NCBI GenBank assembly: GCA_020446815.1
Contig: JAGRDY010000001.1
Span: 5,203-69,202, forward strand
Direction: 5' to 3'
DNA: 64,000 nucleotides
Source: Paracoccaceae bacterium
GTDB lineage: Bacteria; Pseudomonadota; Alphaproteobacteria; Rhodobacterales; Rhodobacteraceae
Position numbers and translations under genes: made by a program. Each line of letters begins with the position of its first letter. The first letter of the stretch is position 1. This document shows positions 48,108 to 58,705 of the stretch, in pieces. The notes below the pieces were generated by a model. That model searched no databases, was not told the DNA's origin, and saw only the letters and a program-made list of their open reading frames with translations.

Positions 48108-49496
48108 ATGTCTAACGCAAATTTCACGAGAAGAGGCTTGCTCAAATCCAGCGCCGTTGCCGGTGCCGGGCTGGCAATGCCAACGATCTTCACCGGTGCG
48201 GCGTGGAGCTTCACCAATGAACCGACGGCCGGCACCGTAACTCTCGGCTTCAATGTGCCGCAGACCGGCCCCTACGCCGACGAGGGCATGGACGAGTTGC
48301 GCGCCTATCAGCTTGCGGTCGAGCATCTGAACGGCGAAGGCGACGGCGGCATGTTGTCGACTTTCTCGTCCAAGGCGCTGGATGGCGCCGGAATATTGGG
48401 CAACAAGGTTGCCTTCGTGACCGGCGACACGCAGACCAAATCCGACGCCGCGCGCGCCTCGGCCAAGTCGATGATCGAAAAAGACGGCGCGATCATGATT
48501 TCCGGCGGTTCGTCCTCGGGCGTGGCGGTTGCGGTTCAGGGCCTGTGCCAGGAGGCCGGCATCATCTTCATGGCGGGTCTGACCCATTCCAACGACACCA
48601 CCGGCAAGGACAAGAAGGCCAACGGGTTCCGTCACTTCTTCAACGCCTATATGTCGGGCGCGGCGCTTGCTCCGGTTCTGGAGAAAGCTTACGGCAAGGA
48701 CCGCAAGGCCTATCACCTGACGGCTGACTATACCTGGGGCTGGACCCAGCAGGAATCGATCCAGAAGGCAACCGAGGCTATCGGCTGGCAGACCGTGAAC
48801 AACGTCATGACACCGTTGGCGTCGACCGACTTCTCATCCTATATCACGCCGGTCCTGCAATCGGGCGCGGATGTGCTGATCCTGAACCACTACGGCGGAA
48901 ACATGGTCAATTCGCTGACCCAAGCGGTTCAGTTCGGCCTTCGTGACAAGATGGTCAACGGCAAGCAGTTCGAAATCGTCGTTCCGCTTTATTCGGAGTT
49001 GATGGCCAAGGGTGCGGGCAAGAACATCGAAGGTGTGTTCGGGTCGACCAACTGGTCGTGGAAACTGCAGGACGAAGGCACCAAGGCGTTCGTCAAGTCG
49101 TTCGGCACCAAATACGGCTTCCCGCCGTCCAATGCGGCGCAGACCTGCTATGCGCAGACGCTGCTTTATGCCGACGCCGTCAGCCGCGCCAAGAGCTTCA
49201 ACCCCTGTGCGGTTGTGGAGGCCCTGCAAGGCGACAGCAGTTCTCTGCCCGGAATCGATTCTGCCGCCAACAAGGGCTTTTTGTTCGACGGCCTCGGCAA
49301 TGGTCAGACGCTCTATCGCGCAGCCGACCACCAGTGCTTCAAGGACGTTCTTGTCATGAAGGGCAAGGAAAACCCTGAAAACGAGTATGACGCCCTGGAA
49401 ATCGTCGAAGTCACGCCCGTCAAGCAGGTCTGGTACGAGCCGGACAATCCGATGTTTGCCGGCGGCAATCTTGGCGAATGCAATCCGGGCGCCTGA
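48108..49496 (+). CDS. HAAT-family (LivK/Peripla_BP_6-type) ABC substrate-binding protein with Tat signal
   Basis: From the ATG at 48108 (GGGAGGAAAG Shine-Dalgarno sequence). MSNANFTRRGLLKSSAVAGAGLAMP is a twin-arginine leader. About 460-aa periplasmic binding fold. Ligand not assignable. Confidence 0.85.
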   Translation: MSNANFTRRGLLKSSAVAGAGLAMPTIFTGAAWSFTNEPTAGTVTLGFNVPQTGPYADEGMDELRAYQLAVEHLNGEGDGGMLSTFSSKALDGAGILGNKVAFVTGDTQTKSDAARASAKSMIEKDGAIMISGGSSSGVAVAVQGLCQEAGIIFMAGLTHSNDTTGKDKKANGFRHFFNAYMSGAALAPVLEKAYGKDRKAYHLTADYTWGWTQQESIQKATEAIGWQTVNNVMTPLASTDFSSYITPVLQSGADVLILNHYGGNMVNSLTQAVQFGLRDKMVNGKQFEIVVPLYSELMAKGAGKNIEGVFGSTNWSWKLQDEGTKAFVKSFGTKYGFPPSNAAQTCYAQTLLYADAVSRAKSFNPCAVVEALQGDSSSLPGIDSAANKGFLFDGLGNGQTLYRAADHQCFKDVLVMKGKENPENEYDALEIVEVTPVKQVWYEPDNPMFAGGNLGECNPGA

Positions 49497-49510
49497 CAGC
49501 GCGTGAAAAT

Positions 49511-49540
49511 AGGCCGGCCGCACCTTCATGCGGCCGGTCT
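49511..49540 (+). promoter_or_regulatory. Intra-operon stem-loop directly after the SBP gene
   Basis: AGGCCGGCCGCA-ccttca-TGCGGCCGGTCT, a 12-bp stem including one G.U pair, between the SBP stop codon (49496) and the permease start (49603). Confidence 0.4.
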
Positions 49541-49602
49541 ACCTGTGGCCGGGTGCGTCAGCGGGCGCCCGTGAACGCCGTCGAACCGGAAATCAGGGTG
49601 GG

Positions 49603-50637
49603 ATGATGGACGCGATCTTACTACAAATACTCAATGGTCTGGACAAGGGATCGGCCTATGCGCTGATCGCGCTTGGGCTGACTTTGATATTCGGCACATT
49701 GGGTGTCGTCAATTTCGCCCATGGGGCCTTGTTCATGATCGGTGCGTTTTGTGCTGTCACGCTCCAGCGCATCCTGAGTCTGAGTTTCGATGTCATTGAT
49801 CCGACGCAAACCGATTTTCTGGGAAACCCGAAGAAGATTCACACAACCTATCTGGAGAGCTGGCTGGGGCCTGATATCGGCAACGCCATTCTGGACTGGT
49901 CCGTGCCGCTGGCGATAATCTTCGCGATCCCGGTGATGATCCTGATCGGCTTTGCCATGGAACGGGGCCTGATCAGGCATTTCTACAAACGGCCACATGC
50001 CGACCAGATCCTGGTGACATTCGGCCTGGCGATCGTCTTGCAGGAAATCGTCAAGTATTTTTACGGCGCCAATCCCATCCCGACGCCGGCACCTTCGGCG
50101 TTCCGCGGATCGTTCGATTTTGGCGCCATTTTCGGATTTGACCCCAATGTGATCATCTATCCCTATTGGCGGATGGTCTATTTCGGGTTCGCCGCCGTGA
50201 TCATTGCCGCCGTTTTTGCGTTCCTTCGGTTCACGACCTTCGGCATGGTGGTGCGCGCCGGAATGGCCGACCGCGAAACAGTCGGGCTTTTGGGCATCGA
50301 TATCGACAAGCGATTCACCCTGATGTTCGGCCTTGCGGCGGCCGTCGCCGGTATTGCCGGGGTGATGTACACACCGATCAATTCGCCGAATTACCACATG
50401 GGAATGGATTTTCTGGTCCTGTCGTTCGTGGTGGTTGTCGTCGGAGGCATGGGTAGCCTTCCGGGCGCAGTCGCCGCGGGTTTCCTGCTCGGGATTCTGG
50501 AGAGTTTTGCGTCGATGAACGAAATCAAATCAATCATTCCCGGAATCGACCAGATCATCATCTACCTGATTGCCATCGTCATCCTTCTGACCCGCCCGCG
50601 CGGTCTGATGGGGCGCAAAGGTGTGATGGAGGAATAA
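49603..50637 (+). CDS. HAAT-family ABC permease (LivH-like)
   Basis: From the ATG at 49603 (MMDAILLQILNGLDKGSAYALIALGLTLIFG), a canonical LivH-type N-terminus. Confidence 0.9.
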   Translation: MMDAILLQILNGLDKGSAYALIALGLTLIFGTLGVVNFAHGALFMIGAFCAVTLQRILSLSFDVIDPTQTDFLGNPKKIHTTYLESWLGPDIGNAILDWSVPLAIIFAIPVMILIGFAMERGLIRHFYKRPHADQILVTFGLAIVLQEIVKYFYGANPIPTPAPSAFRGSFDFGAIFGFDPNVIIYPYWRMVYFGFAAVIIAAVFAFLRFTTFGMVVRAGMADRETVGLLGIDIDKRFTLMFGLAAAVAGIAGVMYTPINSPNYHMGMDFLVLSFVVVVVGGMGSLPGAVAAGFLLGILESFASMNEIKSIIPGIDQIIIYLIAIVILLTRPRGLMGRKGVMEE

Positions 50638-50640
50638 GCC

Positions 50641-51858
50641 ATGCTTGGACTGAACAAGACCGACACGAAATTCCTGCTGATCGTCATCTTCCTGACCCTG
50701 GCCACGCCAATTCTGCTTCAGCCCTTCGCCGAAAACTCGGGGCTTGCCCAGTTCAACGCCGGGTATCCCGACCTGATGCAACGATTTGCGATCTACGGAA
50801 TATTCGCCATCGGCTTCAACCTCCTGTTCGGATTGACGGGCTATCTTTCGTTCGGCCATGCGGCATTTTTGGGTGTGGGAAGCTATTCGGCCGTCTGGAT
50901 GCTCAAGCTTTTGTCGATGAACGTGTTACCCGGCATCTTGCTGGCGATGGTCGTTTCGGGCCTGTTCGCGCTTGTCATCGGGTTCATTTCACTGCGCAGA
51001 TCGGGCATCTATTTTTCGATCCTGACGCTGGCTTTCGCCCAGATGAGTTTCAATCTCGCCTATTCTGTGCTGACCCCCCTGACCAACGGCGAGACGGGAT
51101 TGCAGCTCAGCCTCACGGATCCGCGCATTCTGGACGCCGCAAATACCAGCGGTTCGCTGCCGGTGACCAATCTTTTCGGCGCCGCCATGAGCGAGAGCTA
51201 CAAGCTCGAATTCCTGAACCGGGTATTCACCTTCAACGTCGGGTACTATTTCTGCGCGATTCTCGCGATCATTGCCTTTTACATCTCGCTGCGCATTTTC
51301 CGTTCGCCTTTCGGGCTTATGTTGCGCGCGGTCAAATCGAACCAGCAACGGATGAACTATACCGGCCTGGCCGCGCGGCCCTATACCCTGGCGGCATTCG
51401 TTATCTCGGGCATGTATGCCGGGCTTGCAGGCGGGCTTCTGGCTTCGATGGACCCGCTGGCCGGTGCCGAGCGCATGCAGTGGACCGCCAGCGGCGAGGT
51501 GGTCATCATGACCATCCTTGGTGGTGCAGGCACCCTGATGGGCCCTGTTCTCGGCGCCGGTTTCATCAAATATCTTGAAAACATCTTTTCCAAGATCAAC
51601 GAACACGTCCTGCATGGATGGTTTTCGTGGCTGCCCGATGGCCTTCAGGATCTGGTTGTATGGATCGCCGCGCGCTTTACCGGTGAAGGCTGGCACCTCA
51701 CGCTCGGGTTGATGTTCATGCTGGTGGTGATCTTCCTGCCCGGCGGCCTGATGGAGGGCGGCCAGCGCATCGGCAAGCTGTTCAGGCGCGGCCGCGAGGA
51801 CGTGCCCGACGACGGCACCGGCAATCGGCCGAAACCCGCGCCGCATGTGGCTGAATAG
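50641..51858 (+). CDS. HAAT-family ABC permease (LivM-like)
   Basis: 405-aa polytopic [23 protein letters not shown] block typical of LivM-type permeases. Confidence 0.9.
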   Translation: MLGLNKTDTKFLLIVIFLTLATPILLQPFAENSGLAQFNAGYPDLMQRFAIYGIFAIGFNLLFGLTGYLSFGHAAFLGVGSYSAVWMLKLLSMNVLPGILLAMVVSGLFALVIGFISLRRSGIYFSILTLAFAQMSFNLAYSVLTPLTNGETGLQLSLTDPRILDAANTSGSLPVTNLFGAAMSESYKLEFLNRVFTFNVGYYFCAILAIIAFYISLRIFRSPFGLMLRAVKSNQQRMNYTGLAARPYTLAAFVISGMYAGLAGGLLASMDPLAGAERMQWTASGEVVIMTILGGAGTLMGPVLGAGFIKYLENIFSKINEHVLHGWFSWLPDGLQDLVVWIAARFTGEGWHLTLGLMFMLVVIFLPGGLMEGGQRIGKLFRRGREDVPDDGTGNRPKPAPHVAE

Positions 51859-51873
51859 GAAAGGTTGCACCAG

Positions 51874-52632
51874 ATGGGCATTCTAGAAGTCAATGGCGTG
51901 AACAAGCGGTTCGGCGGGTTGCAGGCGCTCAACAATGTCAACCTCAGCGTCGAGGAGAACACAGTTCACGCAATCATCGGACCGAACGGCGCAGGCAAAT
52001 CGACGCTTCTCAATTGCCTGATCGGCAAGCTTGCCCCCGATACCGGGAGCGTGACCTTCGACGGGAAATCGGTTCTGGGGCGCAAGCCGCATGAAATCAA
52101 TCAGATGGGTATATCGCGCGTGTTCCAGACGCCCGAGATTTTCGGTGACCTGACGGTGCTTGAAAACGTGATCATTCCATGTTTTGCCAAGCGAGACGGG
52201 TCTTTCCGGCTGCACGCGCTGGAAAGCGTCGAGGATGAGGCCGGCATCGGTGAGCGCGCTGAAAGAATGCTGGCCGATGTCAATATGCTCGACAAGCGCG
52301 ACATGCACGCCGCATCGTTGTCACGCGGCGACAAACGCCGGCTGGAAATGGCCATGTGCCTGGTGCAGGAACCCCGGCTCTTGCTGCTCGATGAACCGAC
52401 CGCGGGCATGGCGCGTGCCGATACCAACAACACCATTGAGCTGCTCAAAGAGATCAAGGCCAGCCGCGACATCACCATGGCGATCATCGAGCACGACATG
52501 CACGTCGTCTTCAGCCTTGCCGAAAGGATTACCGTTCTGGCGCAAGGCACGCCCCTGGTCGAAGACATTCCGGCCAATATCAAAGGGCATCCCAAGGTGC
52601 AGGAAGCCTATCTCGGCCAGGCCCATTCGTAG
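51874..52632 (+). CDS. HAAT-family ABC ATP-binding protein (LivG-like)
   Basis: Walker A GPNGAGKST, signature LSRGDKRRLE, Walker B LLLLDEP. Start at the ATG at 51874 (the TTG at 51865 is also possible). Confidence 0.9.
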   Translation: MGILEVNGVNKRFGGLQALNNVNLSVEENTVHAIIGPNGAGKSTLLNCLIGKLAPDTGSVTFDGKSVLGRKPHEINQMGISRVFQTPEIFGDLTVLENVIIPCFAKRDGSFRLHALESVEDEAGIGERAERMLADVNMLDKRDMHAASLSRGDKRRLEMAMCLVQEPRLLLLDEPTAGMARADTNNTIELLKEIKASRDITMAIIEHDMHVVFSLAERITVLAQGTPLVEDIPANIKGHPKVQEAYLGQAHS

Positions 52633-52642
52633 GAGAGAAACC

Positions 52643-53392
52643 ATGAACGCGCCGTCGAACGTCAATGCCAATGTGGCCGCAACCGCCAGTGCCTTTTTGT
52701 CGGTATGGGACATTCACGCCTATTACGGTGAAAGCTATATCGTGCAGGGCGTGTCGCTGAACGTGCATGAAGGCGAAATCCTTGCCCTGCTTGGCCGCAA
52801 CGGCGCGGGCAAGACCTCGACGTTGCGCGCCATTGCCCGGCTCGACAATCCGCGGCTCATGCATGGCGAGGTGTGGCTCGACCATCAGCCGTTGCACAAG
52901 ATGACGTCGCATGAGGCGTCGCGGGCAGGCATCGCCCTGGTTCCCGAGGATCGCCGGATCATCGCGGGGCTTTCCGTCGAAGAAAACCTGAAACTGGCAC
53001 AGATTGCACCGCCTGTCGGCTGGACGCTGGATCGTTTGTACGAACTCTTCCCGCGGCTGGGCGAAAGGCGCAGGCAGGAAGGCGTCACCCTTTCGGGCGG
53101 CGAGCAGCAGATGCTTGCCATTGCCCGCGCCCTGGCCCGCGACATCAAGGTCTTGCTTCTTGATGAACCCTACGAAGGCCTGGCGCCCGTTATCGTGCAA
53201 GAGATCGAAAGGACGCTCAACATCATCAAGGCGCAGGGGATCACGACCGTCATCGTCGAACAAAACGCCATCGCGGCGCTAAATCTGGCGGACCGAGCGG
53301 TTATTCTTGACACCGGGCATGTCGTTTTTGACGGTCTGGCCAAGGAAGTTCTGGCGGATGAAGGCCTGCGCTCCGAATATCTGGCGATCTGA
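52643..53392 (+). CDS. HAAT-family ABC ATP-binding protein (LivF-like)
   Basis: From the ATG at 52643 (AGGAGAG Shine-Dalgarno sequence). Walker A GRNGAGKTS, signature LSGGEQQMLA, Walker B LLLDEP. The upstream part of ORF 52184..53392 is an out-of-frame overlap artefact. Confidence 0.9.
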   Translation: MNAPSNVNANVAATASAFLSVWDIHAYYGESYIVQGVSLNVHEGEILALLGRNGAGKTSTLRAIARLDNPRLMHGEVWLDHQPLHKMTSHEASRAGIALVPEDRRIIAGLSVEENLKLAQIAPPVGWTLDRLYELFPRLGERRRQEGVTLSGGEQQMLAIARALARDIKVLLLDEPYEGLAPVIVQEIERTLNIIKAQGITTVIVEQNAIAALNLADRAVILDTGHVVFDGLAKEVLADEGLRSEYLAI

Positions 53393-53615
53393 ACATCCGC
53401 CGACAATTCGCCCTTTTATCTCTTTCTTTGACTCCGTGCGGGTCATGGGTCTAAAATCCTGTCCTGAAGCGCATCGGCTTTACCAGTGCGACATCATGCG
53501 CCGCTTTTCGCGCCCAGCCGAAGGGAGGGGCAGAGAAAAAGCGATCACGATTTACCCGAGAACGCGATAGCGTGACGTTTCAAACCCGATGCACACTGAG
53601 ACCGGAGAGTTTACG

Positions 53616-53885
53616 ATGGCCGGAGGCTGGGCGCGCGACGGCGCCGTGCAGGAACAGATCGACGCCTCGATCGAGGACGAACTCATGCGCATGCAATCCA
53701 TGCGCAAGCCGGTGGGCGAAAGCCGCACACATTGCGCGGAATGCGACGAACCTATCCCCGAGGCGCGCCAACGGGCCATCCCCGGCGTCAAGCTCTGTAT
53801 CGACTGCCAGATGGAACGCGACGCGCGCCCGGTGCAACGTGGCGGGATCAACCGGCGAGGCTCCAAGGACAGCCAGTTGAAATAA
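53616..53885 (+). CDS. DksA/TraR-family C4 zinc-finger protein
   Basis: From the ATG at 53616 (GGAGAG Shine-Dalgarno sequence). CAECDEPIPEARQRAIPGVKLCIDCQ is a CxxC-N17-CxxC finger. Confidence 0.85.
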   Translation: MAGGWARDGAVQEQIDASIEDELMRMQSMRKPVGESRTHCAECDEPIPEARQRAIPGVKLCIDCQMERDARPVQRGGINRRGSKDSQLK

Positions 53886-53954
53886 GCGCCGCCATCTACC
53901 CTGCGACCCGAATGCTGCAAATGCGCTACGGCCAGGCAAATCGGCGTTTGTTGA

Positions 53955-54746
53955 TCAGTGCCCCAGGATCTGGCTGAGGAAAAGCTGTGTCCGGTCAGAC
54001 TGAGGATTGTTAAAGAACTCGGTGGGCTCGTTCTGTTCGACGATCTGGCCCTGATCCATGAAAACCACCCGGTTGGCGACGGCCTGGGCAAAACCCATTT
54101 CGTGGGTCACGCACAGCATGGTCATGCCTTCTTCGGCCAGCTCGATCATCGTGTCGAGCACTTCCTTGATCATCTCTGGGTCAAGTGCCGAGGTCGGCTC
54201 GTCAAAGAGCATGATCCTGGGCTTCATGCACAGCGACCGGGCGATGGCCACACGCTGTTGCTGGCCGCCGGAAAGCTGGCCGGGGTATTTGCCGGCCTGC
54301 TCGGGGATCTTGACCTTTTCCAGATAATGCATCGCGGTTTCTTCGGCTTCTTTCCTGGGTTCCTTGCGCACCCAGATCGGCGCCAGCGTGCAGTTTTCCA
54401 GGATCGTCAGATGTGGAAACAGGTTGAAGTGCTGAAACACCATCCCCACTTCGGAGCGCACCTTGTCGATGTTCTTGAGATCCGAGGTCAGTTCGGTGCC
54501 GTCGACGATGATCTGCCCCTTCTGGTGTTCCTCCAGCCGGTTGATACAGCGGATCAGGGTGGATTTGCCTGATCCAGAAGGGCCACATATGACGATGCGC
54601 TCACCACGATTGACGGTCATGTTGATGTCACGCAAGACGTGAAACGCCCCGTACCACTTGTTCATTCCGGTAATCTGGATGGCGACTTCGTCGCTCACAT
54701 GCATATGGCTACGGTCGATAGTACGGTCGACTGCGGGTTCCGACAT
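53955..54746 (-). CDS. aapP: General L-amino-acid ABC transporter ATP-binding protein
   Basis: Walker A GPSGSGKST, signature LSGGQQQRVAIAR, Walker B IMLFDEPTSALD. Last gene of an SBP / two permeases / ATPase operon. Confidence 0.88.
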   Translation of the reverse strand: MSEPAVDRTIDRSHMHVSDEVAIQITGMNKWYGAFHVLRDINMTVNRGERIVICGPSGSGKSTLIRCINRLEEHQKGQIIVDGTELTSDLKNIDKVRSEVGMVFQHFNLFPHLTILENCTLAPIWVRKEPRKEAEETAMHYLEKVKIPEQAGKYPGQLSGGQQQRVAIARSLCMKPRIMLFDEPTSALDPEMIKEVLDTMIELAEEGMTMLCVTHEMGFAQAVANRVVFMDQGQIVEQNEPTEFFNNPQSDRTQLFLSQILGH

Positions 54747-54756
54747 GGGTTGCTCC

Positions 54757-56076
54757 TTAACGTTGGCCGCGCTTCAACTTGTTTTCGAGATACATGGAGT
54801 ACCGCGACATGCCAAAGCAGATGAGAAAGAAGATTAGGCCGGGGAATATGAAAGGTTCCCAATAGACGCCTTTCCATTCGAAAGATCCACGGATCGCGTC
54901 CGTGATGCCTTTGAGCGGATCGAGCAGGCCGACAAAGATCACCAGAGTGGTGTCCTTGAATAGCCCGATGAACGACGACACGATCCCCGGAATGGAGATT
55001 TTCAGGGCCTGCGGCATGATGATCAGTTGCTGGGCCTTCCAGTAATCCAGCCCCAGTGCATCGGCGGCCTCATACTGACCGCGCGGCAAGGCCGCGAGAC
55101 CGCCCCGGATCACCTCGGCGATATAGGCCGCCGAAAAGAGCGTCACCATGATGATGACCCGCAAGATGATGTCGAAATTGGTTCCCGGCGGGAGGAAATA
55201 GTTCAAAAGCAGCGAGGCCGTGAACAGCAAGGTAATCAGCGGCACACCGCGAATGAACTCGATGAAGCCGACCGACAGCATCTTGACCAACGGCATGTCG
55301 GATTGCCGGCCCAGCGCCAGAACGATCCCAAGCGGCAAGGAAAAGGCGATGCCTGTGACCCCGATGGTGAAAGACAAAAGAAACCCACCGAACTTTGCGG
55401 ACGGTATCGCTTCGATCCCCAGGGGGATCCAGCCTTCGATCAGGTGGGCAACCGGCGCTGCCAGAATCAGCCACCAGAGCACCGGGACAAGCCCCGCCGC
55501 GATGGCCGCGATCAAGGCACCCGCGAACGGGCCCAACAGACGGAAGGCGACCCATCCAAAGGCAATGCCGGCCATGATCACCACTGGCACCCAGATCGAT
55601 CCGCCCCACAGAAGAAATAGCGCAGTTACCGGGTAGAAGGCCGTGAACCACAAAACCTTGCGCGGCACGCCGGCAAAGAGGATCGGGGCGAGCGCAACGA
55701 ACAGCAGCACGAATGCCAGGTTGACCCGCCAATAGGCTTCCGAAGGATAGAACCCGTAAAAATATTGCGCCCAGCGTTCGCGCACGACACCCCAGCATGC
55801 GCCGGTCGCACCGGGCCCGAAGTCGGCGGCAACGGTTTCGCGGCATTCCGCCGCTGAATTGGCGAACCAGACAGAGTGCAAGAGCCACGGCCCCAAGCCC
55901 TTGAGGATGAGGTAAAGCGCGAATACGCCCACTACCGTCAGAAAGGTATTCAACGGCCCCGAAAAAAGGTTCTCGCGCGCCCATTTGACAGCGCCCCGTT
56001 CGGTGAGGGGCGGTTCCTGCTCGGCCAGCATCGTGTCGCGAACGAAGCGGGTTGAATCGGCGTGTAAACCGCTCAT
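54757..56076 (-). CDS. aapM: General L-amino-acid ABC transporter permease
   Basis: 439-aa polar-amino-acid permease with the long N-terminal extension typical of AapM. EAA-loop-like AAYIAEVIRGGLAALPRGQYEAADALGL. Confidence 0.82.
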   Translation of the reverse strand: MSGLHADSTRFVRDTMLAEQEPPLTERGAVKWARENLFSGPLNTFLTVVGVFALYLILKGLGPWLLHSVWFANSAAECRETVAADFGPGATGACWGVVRERWAQYFYGFYPSEAYWRVNLAFVLLFVALAPILFAGVPRKVLWFTAFYPVTALFLLWGGSIWVPVVIMAGIAFGWVAFRLLGPFAGALIAAIAAGLVPVLWWLILAAPVAHLIEGWIPLGIEAIPSAKFGGFLLSFTIGVTGIAFSLPLGIVLALGRQSDMPLVKMLSVGFIEFIRGVPLITLLFTASLLLNYFLPPGTNFDIILRVIIMVTLFSAAYIAEVIRGGLAALPRGQYEAADALGLDYWKAQQLIIMPQALKISIPGIVSSFIGLFKDTTLVIFVGLLDPLKGITDAIRGSFEWKGVYWEPFIFPGLIFFLICFGMSRYSMYLENKLKRGQR

Positions 56077-56077
56077 C

Positions 56078-57331
56078 TCAGCGCTCCTTCAGTTTGACAG
56101 AGTTGTTATAGACATTCATCACCGCCGAAATACAAAGACTGATGGCCAGATAGATGAGCATCAGCAACAACATGCATTCCAGCTCTCGCCCGGTCTGATT
56201 GAGCGTGATCCCCCCCAGGGTTCCGCGCAGATCCATGTACCCCACCGCAATCGCCAGCGAAGAGTTCTTGGTCAGATTGAGGTATTGCGAAATCAACGGC
56301 GGGATGATCACCCGCAATGCCTGAGGCAAGATCACCAGATTCATCGTTCGCCGCGGGCGCAACCCCAGGGCAAAGGCGGCCTCCGACTGGCCGTTGGGAA
56401 TGGCCAGAATGCCCGCGCGGACGATCTCGGCAATGTAGGAGCCGGTATAGACAGACAACGCCAGCCAAAGTGCCAAAAGCGAGTTGGAAATTTCGGTGCC
56501 GCCAGAGAAATTGAACCGCTTGAGCTCCGGGTACCCCAGATGAAACCCGAGCGCGTAAAGCAAGACCACCACGGGCAGGACCAGCACCGCCAGGCTTTTC
56601 CACCAGGTAACGGGGCGGTCGCCGGTCTGTTCCTGTATCCTTGATGCCTGGGCCTTGATGGCGCGATTGACCAGAATGCTGCCGACAAGTACCGCGATGA
56701 TCGCCAGCAAATCCACGCTGATCAGAAAAATGCCGACATCGACATTGCCCAAGCTGCGCGAAAACAGCGGCTCCGGGATGACGGTGTATTGATTGGTCAC
56801 GGCAACCGAATCGTTCAGGCTCATCGTGGCGGCCGGGTTGTCACCGCGAAAATCCTTCAGCGGTGGCAAAGCCTCGGTCAGGGCCGCATAGGCCAGCAAG
56901 ATCCACAAAAGCACCGGAACATTGCGGACGATCTCGATATAGACCGTCATCAACCGGCCGACCAGCCAGTTCTTCGACAACCGCAGGACACCCGCGAAAA
57001 CCCCGATGATGGTCGCGGCAATACAGCCCAGGAACGCCACCAGCAAAGTGTTGAGCAGACCGATCAGCAGCGCCCGGGCGTGGGTGCTGTCGTTGGAATA
57101 CTCGACCAGACGCTGGTTTATGTCATAGCTGGACCGGGCCCACAGAAAACCGAAATTGAAATCCTTGCCGAGCGTGTGGAGGTTTTGAATCGCATTATCC
57201 ACCAGCCAGGCCACGCCGCCCATGAACGCCACCATCACGACCACCTGAATGGTCATCGACCGATAGCGCGTATCATAGATCAGCATGCCCAACCGAAAGC
57301 CAGCCTTCGGTGTGTCCGCGACGCTTGCCAT
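56078..57331 (-). CDS. aapQ: General L-amino-acid ABC transporter permease
   Basis: 417-aa permease. GSYIAEIVRAGILAIPNGQSEAAFALGL EAA loop. Stop codon lies 1 nt before the aapM ATG. Confidence 0.82.
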   Translation of the reverse strand: MASVADTPKAGFRLGMLIYDTRYRSMTIQVVVMVAFMGGVAWLVDNAIQNLHTLGKDFNFGFLWARSSYDINQRLVEYSNDSTHARALLIGLLNTLLVAFLGCIAATIIGVFAGVLRLSKNWLVGRLMTVYIEIVRNVPVLLWILLAYAALTEALPPLKDFRGDNPAATMSLNDSVAVTNQYTVIPEPLFSRSLGNVDVGIFLISVDLLAIIAVLVGSILVNRAIKAQASRIQEQTGDRPVTWWKSLAVLVLPVVVLLYALGFHLGYPELKRFNFSGGTEISNSLLALWLALSVYTGSYIAEIVRAGILAIPNGQSEAAFALGLRPRRTMNLVILPQALRVIIPPLISQYLNLTKNSSLAIAVGYMDLRGTLGGITLNQTGRELECMLLLMLIYLAISLCISAVMNVYNNSVKLKER

Positions 57332-57430
57332 ATTGTTTATCCCCTGAACCCGCCCGCGCCCTCGGCTTGTGCCATTTTTCCGGGGTCTGATGCCCCACGC
57401 GGTACAGGTTTCCCTGTTGAAACATAGACC

Positions 57431-57456
57431 AAGGGCGCACCTTGCGGCACGCCCTT
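57431..57456 (-). promoter_or_regulatory. Stem-loop between aapJ and aapQ
   Basis: Minus strand AAGGGCGUGCC-GCAA-GGUGCGCCCUU forms an 11-bp stem with a GNRA tetraloop. Two of the pairs are G.U only on the minus-strand transcript and are mismatches on the plus strand. Confidence 0.45.
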
Positions 57457-57470
57457 GATCTTGTTGTCTG

Positions 57471-58487
57471 TTAGCGGAACGGCGGCGAGTAGAGAAGGCC
57501 GCCCTGGGTCCACTGTGCGTTCAGCCCGCGGGCCAGGCCGATCGGGGTGGATTCGCCGATATTGGCGGCGAAGATCTCGCCATAGTTGCCACCGGCCTTG
57601 ATGGCGCGCAACGCCCATTGGGGGTCAAGGCCGAACATCGCACCAAGATCGCCTTCGGTGCCCAGAATACGGTTGATTTCCGGATTTTCGGTGCCTTTGG
57701 CCAGTTCGTCGGCATTGGCAGATGTGATGCCGAATTCTTCGGCGGCGATCAGCGCATTGAGCGTCCAGCGGCCGATATCGGCCCACTGATCATCGCCATG
57801 CCGCACGAGCGGCGCCAGCGGCTCTTTCGAGATGATTTCCGGCAGAATGATGTGGTTTTCCGGATCGGCGAATGCCGCGCGCGTCGCCGCAAGGCCGGAC
57901 GCATCCGTGGTATAGGCGTCGCAGGCGCCCGCGGAATACTGCTGTTCGCCTTCGGCGTTGGTTTCGATCGCGACCGGCTTGTAGCTCATGTTGTTGACCT
58001 TGAAGTATTCGGCCAGGTTGAGCTCGGTCGTCGTACCGGTCTGGATGCAGATGGTCGCGCCATCAAGTTCCTTGGCCGAAGTGACGCCCAGATCCTTGTG
58101 CACCAGAAAGCCCTGACCGTCATAGTAGTTCACGCCAAGGAACGTGAATTTCAGGTCAACGTCGCGCGAGAATGTCCAGGTCGTGTTGCGCGCAAGCAGA
58201 TCGACCTCGCCCGAAGCCAGTGCGGTAAAGCGTGTCTGACCAGTGGTCGGCACGAACTTCACCTTGGTGGGGTCGCCCAATACCGCCGCGGCCACCGCCC
58301 GGCAGAAGCTGACATCGAAGCCGGTCCACTGGCCGTTCGCGTCCGGTGCGGCGAAACCCACCAGACCGGTGGTGACACCGCAGTTGAGTTCGCCGCGCGC
58401 CTTGACGTCGTCAAGGGTTCCGGCAGATGCGAAACCGGCCAGCATCCCCGCGGCGGCAAGCGCGCCAAAAAATAGTTGTTTGTTCAT
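57471..58487 (-). CDS. aapJ: General L-amino-acid ABC transporter substrate-binding protein
   Basis: Signal peptide MNKQLFFGALAAAGMLAGFASA. 338-aa polar amino-acid SBP (LDDVKARGELNCGV...). Confidence 0.85.
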   Translation of the reverse strand: MNKQLFFGALAAAGMLAGFASAGTLDDVKARGELNCGVTTGLVGFAAPDANGQWTGFDVSFCRAVAAAVLGDPTKVKFVPTTGQTRFTALASGEVDLLARNTTWTFSRDVDLKFTFLGVNYYDGQGFLVHKDLGVTSAKELDGATICIQTGTTTELNLAEYFKVNNMSYKPVAIETNAEGEQQYSAGACDAYTTDASGLAATRAAFADPENHIILPEIISKEPLAPLVRHGDDQWADIGRWTLNALIAAEEFGITSANADELAKGTENPEINRILGTEGDLGAMFGLDPQWALRAIKAGGNYGEIFAANIGESTPIGLARGLNAQWTQGGLLYSPPFR

Positions 58488-58705
58488 TTTTACCTCTTCC
58501 TGAGTTTCTGCCCTTTTAAAGGCAGTTCTACCCTGCCCCAGTTCCGGGTCCAGGGCTGCTTCACAACTTTGATCCGCAACATCGCAAGTTTGTTACATTT
58601 TCGAATTGCCCGTCAAGGATTCAATCCCCCGAACGGCGCAACACGTCACAATGACCCCGCGTCAAGCCAACGGAACCGCCCGATTGGCTTGATTAATGAA
58701 TATAA

